DNA of 64,000 nucleotides from a virus: the IMG/VR virus record IMGVR_UViG_3300026519_000239, positions 1-64,000 of that record; one strand, 5' to 3'. Of the stretch, positions 56,552 through 64,000 are shown in pieces (position 1 is the stretch's first letter; the number at the start of each line of letters is the position of its first letter). The notes under the pieces were generated by a model that was not told where the DNA came from, made no database searches, and worked only from the letters and a program-made list of their open reading frames with translations. Position numbers and translations under genes: made by a program.

Positions 56552-56770
56552 TTACATTATAAGTTGGAGTAGGAGCACTGTTTTAACCCCTGCTATAAAA
56601 GCCATCAGCAGCAACAATGCTGTCATTACTGCTTCTAGAGCCATTGTGATCCAATCGCCTTGCTTGAAGTCCCAGTACACTAACTTTTCGAATAAGACTG
56701 CAATCCATACAAATGCTGTTGCAGTAGTAGCTGCAATTATCACTAGTGTGCCTACAATCAATTGTTCCAT
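56552..56770 (-). CDS. Small two-TM membrane protein
   Basis: 72 aa, two hydrophobic helices, GAGG RBS. Confidence 0.6.
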   Translation of the reverse strand: MEQLIVGTLVIIAATTATAFVWIAVLFEKLVYWDFKQGDWITMALEAVMTALLLLMAFIAGVKTVLLLQLIM

Positions 56771-56793
56771 TTCCTTTTCCTCTATTAGTTAGA

Positions 56794-56834
56794 TTAAAAA
56801 TAAGGGACTGACATAAGCCAGTCCCTTATTTTTA
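56794..56834. terminator. Bidirectional-type terminator
   Basis: TAAAAATAAGGGACTG...CAGTCCCTTATTTTTA inverted repeat. Confidence 0.8.
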
Positions 56835-56840
56835 TGGAGA

Positions 56841-57287
56841 TTAGAGTCCGTATACGAACCCTATGTGTTTAAACACCGAGGATTTCCGTACTGATCCATC
56901 CTCCTGTACCTCTTCTACGCTTTCTCTTCTTGAGAAAGCATAGACCGGCTGGATTCCATTCCTTAGTAGCTCCTCTTGTAAAGGAGCCATCAGAAATGGA
57001 GCTCCTCCTATCATTACTTGGATCGGTTGTTCTGAGTTTTGATCAAGCAACTTGGCGATGTTAGCTAGTTGCCTTGCACGATGGAGTGGCTCAAGATCGT
57101 ACGGCAGCTCTTCAAAAGTAAGGATGTCTTCCAATGTGCTGGGCATCCTTGTAAGAAAATCCTCTGTGTCTCCTCCTGTCTCCTCTAGATACTCCACGTA
57201 CATCTGGAGTGCTTCATTGTAGTCTACAACTCCTTCTGCACGCTGTTCTTCTGTTGCTTTGTGTTGAGTGAAATTGATGATCATCAT
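56841..57287 (-). CDS. Csx20-like CARF-fold protein, candidate cOA ring nuclease (anti-CRISPR type III)
   Basis: INFTQHKATEEQ N-terminus, VMIGGAPFL, and PVYAFSRRESVEEVQEDGSVRKSSVFKHIGF C-terminus. Confidence 0.7.
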   Translation of the reverse strand: MMIINFTQHKATEEQRAEGVVDYNEALQMYVEYLEETGGDTEDFLTRMPSTLEDILTFEELPYDLEPLHRARQLANIAKLLDQNSEQPIQVMIGGAPFLMAPLQEELLRNGIQPVYAFSRRESVEEVQEDGSVRKSSVFKHIGFVYGL

Positions 57288-57317
57288 AGGTTTACCTCTT
57301 TGTTTTGGTTTAAGTTA

Positions 57318-57346
57318 GGTCTATGGAAGACCCCAACCAAACACCC
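57318..57346 (-). promoter_or_regulatory. Putative phage promoter element plus hairpin (copy 3)
   Basis: AACCAAACACCC at 57335-57346; hairpin GGTCT/AGACC. Confidence 0.65.
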
Positions 57347-57450
57347 TAAGTTAAACTTAGATACAAGTAGCTATAGCAGGGATATAAGTGTAGTTATAAA
57401 TAAGCGGAATAACCTTGTAAAGAGTGTGTGTAGGAGTATTGATAGAAATG

Positions 57451-57980
57451 GTAATGAAATCAATGATATAGGTGAGAATATAGGGAATAGGTACATAGTG
57501 AGGGTAAGTTATTGAAAAATAAGGAGAATTTCTTATGTATGATGGGAAGGAAGTGTAATGAAATCAATGGGATATGGAGTATTCTTAAAGAGATAGTTGA
57601 ATGGGAAATTGTGGAAAAATCGTTAAAAATCAATGACTTACAGAACAAATCAATGACTTACAGAACACGCTATGTCGATATAAGCATACGTATCGACATA
57701 GCATTTTTGCACCTAAAAATAGCCTACATGACAGTGCATTACAGCCTACATGATAGTGCATGTAATGAATTTAATTCTCTTTGTAAATCAGTAACTTAGC
57801 TACTTATGGATTGTGTGGATAACTGAGCCAAAGAGTGTGATTTCAATTTGTTTAAAACTTACATGAGTAAAAATATACGTATGATGGTAAATAAATTATA
57901 TTTTTAATTATAACTAAACCAAAGATAAGGGTTGAGATTGGGGTAAATATAATTTATTTATTAGGATTATTAATCCAATG
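57451..57980. promoter_or_regulatory. Origin-like non-coding element (IHF-consensus sites, direct repeats, DnaA box, AT-rich tract)
   Basis: AATCAATGACTTA at 57628 and 57648, AATCAGTAACTTA at 57786; 12-bp inverted repeat 57669-57702; 19-bp direct repeat at 57721 and 57743; TGTGGATAA at 57814; AT-rich 57840-57975. Confidence 0.5.
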
Positions 57981-58138
57981 GATTGGTGAGTTGGAGGAGT
58001 TGATTTAATTGTTGGTTAATTTAGTGAGAATTTCTCGTGGCTCTATTTAGCTGTGTGAGTGTGAGTGTGATGAGTGTGTGAGAGTGTGTGGTTAAAAAAT
58101 AAGCCCCACTACCGTTAGGTAGCAGGGCAATGAGGCTT

Positions 58139-58537
58139 TTAGAAGAACTTAATGTCTTCGGTCGCCTCAGAGATCCAGTCATCTGGGTTAAACTTAGGTT
58201 TATCCTTCTTCTCTGGAGTCGGCTTCTCTTCAGGGATCTGTCCAGATGCTTTCAGCTCTTGTATCTTGAGCTGTAACTCCTTGGTATTTAGCTGAAGCTT
58301 TTCGATCTCATATTCCTTCTCGAGTTTATACACGGCAGTACGTGCTGCTGCTAGCTTAAGCTTAGACTTAAGCTTTTGTTCCAGTTGGAGTTTCTGCTTT
58401 GAAGCCCTGTACTGGGCCTTCATCTTTTCTCCCTCAAGGGCGGAACTCGTATACAGGCTTAGAATCTCATGGGCCTCAATTGCAGGCTTTACTGCTCTTT
58501 TGATTACAGTCATGGTCTTGTTTACTGCGTCTTTCAT
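58139..58537 (-). CDS. Coiled-coil hypothetical early protein
   Basis: 132 aa; GGAGG RBS; terminator-like stem at ~58094-58128. Confidence 0.75.
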   Translation of the reverse strand: MKDAVNKTMTVIKRAVKPAIEAHEILSLYTSSALEGEKMKAQYRASKQKLQLEQKLKSKLKLAAARTAVYKLEKEYEIEKLQLNTKELQLKIQELKASGQIPEEKPTPEKKDKPKFNPDDWISEATEDIKFF

Positions 58538-58580
58538 TACTAATCCCTCCTACAGGCTAGTATGTTAAGTGACGGACTAC

Positions 58581-58613
58581 GGTAGCCCCATGCTACCTAG
58601 AACCAAACACCCC
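58581..58613 (-). promoter_or_regulatory. Putative phage promoter element plus hairpin (copy 4)
   Basis: AACCAAACACCC at 58601-58612; perfect hairpin GGTAGC/GCTACC. Confidence 0.65.
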
Positions 58614-58656
58614 GGGGGGCAGGTCGGATCCAGTCCACGTACAGACACCCCCTAAG

Positions 58657-58966
58657 CCACTGTCTGCTGCTAATATATTTTTGATGTCAGAAGTTTTTTC
58701 ATACCACTGTCTATTAGTAGTATATTTTTGATGTCAAAAGTTTTTCTCCCTCACACCTAAGCTACCACTCTCTGCTAATGGTAGATTTTTTACCTCAAAA
58801 CTTTTTCTTAGATATTTCTAAGCCACTCTCTGCTGATGATATATTTTTTGTCCCAGAACTTTTTTTCATACTACCATCTGTTGCTAATAGATTTTTTATG
58901 CTGAAACTTTTTCCCTATACTGCTCTCTATTAGTAGTATGTTTTTTATCTCAAAAGTCTTCCTATA
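58657..58966. repeat. Array of six degenerate ~42-bp direct repeats
   Basis: Units start at 58657, 58704, 58765, 58823, 58871 and 58920; consensus about CCACTSTCTRYTRRTRRTAKATTTTTKAYSTCARAASTTTTT. Confidence 0.85.
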
Positions 58967-59556
58967 CTGATCTCTATAATTAACAGATTGCTTATCTTAA
59001 TAATCCTCTCAATCCAGTACTATTCCTCTTAAGTTGGTTTCTATCCTTAATCTTCTTAGTTGTTGTATCTCTTAATCTAAACCAATGGTTTAGCTATAGC
59101 TAACTTGTACTCTAATCCAATGGATCTCTACAGCTAGTTTGTATTTGGTTTCTGGTTTTACTGTTTAGCTAAATTTAGGTTTTATCTATATATACAAGAT
59201 AGGTATATGTAGTAGTTAAATTCCGTTTCCTAAAAATTTAGCTAGTATAAATTTATATCTGAAAGTTTTTCTAAGCCAATAGTTGATAGATTGAGTATAG
59301 AGTTAGTTGAATGATGTTGGTTTAGTTTGGATTGAACCAATAGAAGAGAAGAGATAGATAGAGATAGCTGAATGAGAGTGAGATTTAGATTCTGGATTAG
59401 ATATAGGGAGGGAGATATAGAGATGCAGAATGGTAGTAGAAAACTGAGGGTAGTAAATAGTAGAGATACGCTACGCTGAACCAAAGATGATAGTGGAGAC
59501 TATGGTCTATCTTTATTGGTTCAGCGAAGCGCAATTAGAGATGAGAGTGTATTGGT

Positions 59557-59949
59557 TCAGTTAAGCTTATCAATAGTTATTGAACCAACAGCAGAAGCAT
59601 TGAAAGTATCTGCTATAACGAAATGCTTAGCATAAGTATCATTCAACAGTTCCTTAACGTCCTTGATGCTCACTGCACCGTTTATGATAGGTACAGTATT
59701 TGAGTTCATGGATGTTCCGTATCTGATGTTTACAAGGAATGCTAAATTTCTATCACCAGGTGTTCTTGCTATCATATATACAAGATCATTTCTTGTATCT
59801 ATAAGCTTGGTTCCAACTGCAAGTACTGTTGCTCTGTCATGTGTAATTGCTTCAACTGTGAGAGTTGTCTTTGTTACTAGGATGTTGGGTTGTTTAGTCA
59901 TCTGGTTTCTCCTGTTAAGTGTTGTGTTGATTTCTACATTGCTAGCCAT
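59557..59949 (-). CDS. Hypothetical protein
   Basis: ORF in a three-gene overlapping run; internal AGGAG before the Met of MTKQPN suggests a later start. Confidence 0.6.
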   Translation of the reverse strand: MASNVEINTTLNRRNQMTKQPNILVTKTTLTVEAITHDRATVLAVGTKLIDTRNDLVYMIARTPGDRNLAFLVNIRYGTSMNSNTVPIINGAVSIKDVKELLNDTYAKHFVIADTFNASAVGSITIDKLN

Positions 59950-60145
59950 ACATGGCTTTCTTGAGAATTCGTTTGATGACTCTTTCCCATTTGGATTGGG
60001 AGTAGTTAGGAATTGGCTTATCCCACATTGGTCCTTTACGAGTCAATGCATAGATTGCGTACAGAAGCCTTAGATCAGCATTCTTGGTATTGGCTCTATT
60101 GGATTCTAAGAAGTACTCCCTAAATGTCTTTGGTTTGGTTGTCAT
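59942..60145 (-). CDS. Hypothetical protein
   Basis: 67 aa; ATGA overlap with the upstream gene. Confidence 0.55.
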   Translation of the reverse strand: MTTKPKTFREYFLESNRANTKNADLRLLYAIYALTRKGPMWDKPIPNYSQSKWERVIKRILKKAMYG

Positions 60146-60429
60146 GTTCGTATCTGATCCATCAATTGCTCTAATCCATAGAGTTCAATGACTTTATTTA
60201 AGGAGTCAGTGATGATCCTACTCAACGGATAATCAAACTGGTAGGTAGTAGATAAATAGGACACTTTCTCTATGTGGAGAGGAGTATTCACCCTTACTAC
60301 GAAACGATCATACTTATCCCATTTCAGTATGTCCAGTACTATTCCCAATGGAAGTTTTCTTTTGGTTTTATTGTCGTAATCTACAGTGAGTACATGTTCT
60401 AGTTTCTCTTTCGTAAAGTCAGTATTCAT
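60142..60429 (-). CDS. Hypothetical protein
   Basis: 95 aa; AGGA RBS. Confidence 0.6.
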   Translation of the reverse strand: MNTDFTKEKLEHVLTVDYDNKTKRKLPLGIVLDILKWDKYDRFVVRVNTPLHIEKVSYLSTTYQFDYPLSRIITDSLNKVIELYGLEQLMDQIRT

Positions 60430-61758
60430 TGATTTTTCCTATTGCTGCTATTGATTCATTGACCCAATAAACCAAACCAAAGATAGCTCATTCTCACAGT
60501 ATCTACTACAAGCTCACTAAGGCTTCCCACCAACCACACCCCCAAAACACCACACACCAAACCAGCCCAACCAAACCACACCAAACAAACCAACCCAACC
60601 TACTATGCATGTTGCTGATTGAGAGAATTTATAGAATTTAGAGATATCTGACTTAGCTTAGATAGCTAATTTATAGAGATAGGAATAGAGGAATAATTTA
60701 GTTAGCTGATGGAGCTGAGAATCCTACGGACATAATACCCCATTACCAGTTAGGAGGAGGCCCAGGGGTTGATTTGCAGTCCCGTGGATTTCCTTCGAGA
60801 GGTTAACTAGCCTCCCTTACTGTATATATCTATATATTAGTTATATAGATTGGGTATATACAGTATCTAACTAATAATTCTACCAGACTCTCTTTGAGTC
60901 ACTATTCAAGTTGTTATCTTGAATAGGTCAGTTATATAACCTAGTAATTATCTACTAGACTCCTAACTGCCAGGTTGTCAGGGGTTGGACATTGCCTGGA
61001 TTAAAGTTATAAGGCTTCTTTGGGTTTAATAGCTCTGCGACCTTATAGCGCTTGCGATGGTATGTTGGATTGTTGTTGGGGTAGCTAATCCTACTCACCA
61101 ACCCGCCCCCTGCGGATACACGCGTTATACAGAAAGTTATAGATAGATACAAGAGCTTTCTGTAAGAGAGATATAGAACCAACCCTAATTCAGCTATTCC
61201 TTTACTTTTTTGGTTCAGCGAACGAAGTGAGCGTTGCAAGCCGTTAAGGGGGGAAAGGAAGGGCTTACGTAGCGTAGCGTAGTAAGCCCTGACGTCCGGA
61301 GCGTAGCGGAGGCCCCCCAAGGCGCGCAGTGAGCGTAGCGAACGAAGTCTCTACCTTAGAAAGCCAATCTAGATATACCCAATCTTCTAGCCCTTTTTTA
61401 TGGGCACAAAGCAATACTGTATTCCGCCATACAGACCACTTCCGCTACCGATACCTCCCCTGAGAATTGATGCTCCATTCACTACGTTCATTCCGCATAA
61501 ATTTCAGGGGGGCATCTCCGCTCACGTGGTCTTACTGGCTCCATACAAAGAATCCCTGTCGGGAGGTGAGAATATGCCTCTAATTCTTCACTGAATGCGC
61601 TGTGAGTGGATTTCAGCTATTGAGATGATGATAGGTAGGGGTAGACGGGTTAGAACGCAATACAGAGAGGATTTTGGATTTGCAGATGTTGCTGGGCTGA
61701 GATGAGTGGGGATGGGTGTGAGCTAGAAGGTAAGATTGATGGTGAGTTGAGTTATTAG

Positions 61759-62420
61759 CGGGCAGGAGAGATCAAAGACCCCAAGGGGGAGAACCTGGGG
61801 AAAAAGACTGGTTACTGCGTAGCTTGTTCTTATCTGCCCGGTGAGATCAGTATTTGTGCGGTATTGGCCTTGCCGGGATTTCGTACTGACTACAACAGTA
61901 ACCATTGTCAGTACAGCGCACGGGTCGAGGGAATCCATCACGTCAATCAGGCACCGGCTTCAACGGTAGTCTCGTTACAGACTGCTGCGTTATTGTCCTG
62001 ACTGCACTGGCTTTGCAGACTCACTACGATGGGCAATCAACTTTATCGAGTAACTGTACCGTCTACAGGTATCAGCATATTGGCTTATGTATGAGCATGC
62101 TAGTAGCTTTTAGCTCCACTCTCCGCCGGGGTCGTACTCAAGGTATGGCATTGGTAACGTGCCGCCCTTGCTTGAACAGTTTACCGCTGAAACCACGGAT
62201 TCTCTGAACAGTATCTAGCTATGAACGTCTCATGCTGATACTCAACGTCTGCCCCGCCCGGTTGTGATATTGGGCCTCTTAAACGCTAACAAGCGATTGT
62301 GATTCTACGTTGTGGGTTTTGACTTGTCCAGTACAAAGTAGTGGCGTAAAAAAGCCCTGAATACCTCCTACAGCATTCAGGGCCGGGGTTGCCAGTAGAG
62401 GAACGGTTACTGGCTTATTT
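61759..62420 (+). ncRNA. Candidate large structured non-coding RNA
   Basis: Dense nested helices whose mismatches read as G-U wobbles on the + strand; no credible ORF. Boundaries approximate. Confidence 0.5.
62347..62383 (-). terminator. Rho-independent terminator
   Basis: GCCCTGAAT...ATTCAGGGC stem with a U-run on the - strand, downstream of ORF 62415-62867. Confidence 0.75.
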
Positions 62421-62867
62421 CGATAGAAAGGGGTTACTCCCAACACTACCTTTCTGAATATTATGGAAGTTCAGATGTGCATGGAACTTCGGATGCTTCA
62501 TTATCTTGTGTCTGATGAGCTTTCTGGCTTCTTTGCAGGTCTTCAGGTAGTTTGTATTGGCTCTGAGTCCTTGAAGCGTCCTGCGTTCATACAGAGCGTC
62601 TTTTGGATCAACATTCATGGCGTAGATATGCTCTGCCAGTTTGGTTAGAAGTGTTCTGTAGTGGATGTACTCTTTGTCCCTTTGAGATTCGTAGTGATAC
62701 TCATCGTCCCTGCTGTTTTGAATAGTGCTGTCATAGTCAATCAGACATTTTCCTAGTGCTTTCACCAGATGATAATCAGTGAATGCAGGTGAGTTTTCAA
62801 CCAGTGTCAGCGTGTAGTACATGATTTTCTGAGCGAGGGTTTCATTAGTTTTAATTTCAACTAGCAT
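62415..62867 (-). CDS. Hypothetical protein
   Basis: 150 aa; AGGAG RBS. Confidence 0.7.
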   Translation of the reverse strand: MLVEIKTNETLAQKIMYYTLTLVENSPAFTDYHLVKALGKCLIDYDSTIQNSRDDEYHYESQRDKEYIHYRTLLTKLAEHIYAMNVDPKDALYERRTLQGLRANTNYLKTCKEARKLIRHKIMKHPKFHAHLNFHNIQKGSVGSNPFLSK

Positions 62868-62882
62868 AGATGTTTCTCCTAT

Positions 62883-63872
62883 CTATAGGTTATTGAATGC
62901 ATTTTTCATGCCAAGTCGTTGGCATATTGCGTAAAGCAACTCCAAATCCAATTGGTTTGGTAGTAAGTTCTGTACCATTGTCTTTAAAGATGATGTTCCG
63001 TATTTACTGTATTTCTTGGTTCTACAGAAAGCTTTAAATTCATCCACCGAGAATGCATCCATTGGCGTAGGAAGAGTACGCAGCGCTCGTACTTTAACTA
63101 ACTGTGATGGATGAAGTTCTGATATGGGAATCAATGTCCAATACGTTCCTGTAGATCTGAACCAGTAGAACTTTCCCGTTGATGCTACATAGCGAATAGA
63201 ACCTCCGGGAGCATCCGTCCACACTCTTGTTGTATCGTCTTTTAGGTTTACTAAAGATTCAACCCACGAATGCCACCCAATATCTACAGCTAGCATATTA
63301 GCTATGTGTCCTGTATCCGGTTGCTGTAGGTGTTTTGGCTGCTTGATCGCAGTTAACCCATCCATGGTTGTGAAGTCAGTTAGGTACAGTCCTCCATAAT
63401 CAACTGAGTTGTTGAGGATGTTGTCTCTGTACTCTTTTGGGCTGGTTAGTTTCAGTTTCTTGGATGATCTTGTTGGAAAGCTTAGAAGTCCCTTCGGAGC
63501 ACCTATAGCAATGTTTCCTAGTCTAAGCATTGATTGAGTGCTTGTCTCTTCGTAGGATGCGTATGGAGGCGTTCTAGGCAGCATTTTGTGTATGACATTA
63601 GCCCATGCTGAGAACATTGCTCTATGGCGCGTAGGGAGGATTGAGTAAGACAACGCTGCTTCTACTGCACTGTTCCATAACATGATCTTGAACATACTGT
63701 CGTTGCGTTTCTCATACGCCAGTAGAATTGCTGCTATCACATCCTTCTTCATCGTGAATGATGGGTACTTCGGAGGATATCTGTACACGTGATGGTAGTT
63801 GTACTCTGTATCCAATAGTGGATTCAGATACTCCTCCTGTGTCTTTGGTTTAGAGTGGAGTAGCGATGTCAC
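62883..63872 (-). CDS. Hypothetical protein
   Basis: 329 aa; AGGAG RBS before a GTG start. Confidence 0.7.
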   Translation of the reverse strand: MTSLLHSKPKTQEEYLNPLLDTEYNYHHVYRYPPKYPSFTMKKDVIAAILLAYEKRNDSMFKIMLWNSAVEAALSYSILPTRHRAMFSAWANVIHKMLPRTPPYASYEETSTQSMLRLGNIAIGAPKGLLSFPTRSSKKLKLTSPKEYRDNILNNSVDYGGLYLTDFTTMDGLTAIKQPKHLQQPDTGHIANMLAVDIGWHSWVESLVNLKDDTTRVWTDAPGGSIRYVASTGKFYWFRSTGTYWTLIPISELHPSQLVKVRALRTLPTPMDAFSVDEFKAFCRTKKYSKYGTSSLKTMVQNLLPNQLDLELLYAICQRLGMKNAFNNL

Positions 63873-64000
63873 TGTTAGTCTCCTGTGTATACGATGGTTT
63901 CAGTTCCTCTCTTGTATGAAGGTACGTGGATTGTGCTTGCATCCTTTACTTTCAAGAATGCTGCTCTTAGCGTTGGGTGTACAGATCGACCGCACCGTAA

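Noticed and set aside
57261-57799. ORFs 57261-57515, 57460-57648 and 57512-57799
   Set aside because: They lack convincing starts and run through the repeat/origin-like DNA.
58657-58966. CRISPR mini-array
   Set aside because: Repeats are degenerate and non-palindromic, linkers are only ~5-20 nt, and no cas genes are present.
59242-59484. 80-aa hydrophobic ORF
   Set aside because: A by-product of the low-complexity GA-rich tract, with no RBS.
60725-60755. dif-like XerCD site (ACGGACATAA-TACCCC-ATTACCAGTTAG)
   Set aside because: Only the XerC-like arm resembles the consensus; the XerD arm TTATGTTAAAT is absent.
60955-62207. ORFs 60955-61320, 61400-61594, 61723-61941 and 61905-62207
   Set aside because: Atypical composition, weak or absent RBS, and overlap with structured non-coding elements.
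1-64000. tRNA genes, integrase, terminase, introns or inteins in core genes
   Set aside because: None recognised by eye; core genes are uninterrupted. A tRNAscan-SE run would be needed to exclude tRNAs formally.

Overview
The window is most of the genome of a lytic N4-like podophage (Schitoviridae-type). The call rests on a 3,650-aa virion RNA polymerase, an N4-type portal, scaffold, major capsid protein and ejection-protein run (12.7-34 kb, + strand), and an opposing - strand replication block (SSB, AAA annealing ATPase, primase, RusA-like resolvase, 5'-3' exonuclease, family A DNA polymerase, SF1 helicase, vWA/AAA pair). An early region follows at 51.8-64 kb. Terminase and canonical tail genes were not recognised and probably lie outside the window. 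The most striking feature is at 0.8-10.5 kb: seven co-transcribed Ig/PKD/cadherin-repeat proteins whose Ig domains appear split across gene boundaries in matching donor/acceptor pairs. Each socket has two interchangeable plugs, and the plugs carry a glycoside hydrolase-like, an acetylesterase and a lyase-like domain. This suggests a combinatorial, strand-complemented multi-enzyme appendage. Other notable items: an apparently single-chain RNAP II (split in N4), a Csx20-like ring-nuclease anti-CRISPR candidate, two phage-encoded outer-membrane proteins, a ~600-nt structured RNA candidate, a conserved promoter-plus-hairpin motif, and an oriC-like element (DnaA box, IHF sites, iterons). All family assignments come from reading motifs by eye; no searches were run.
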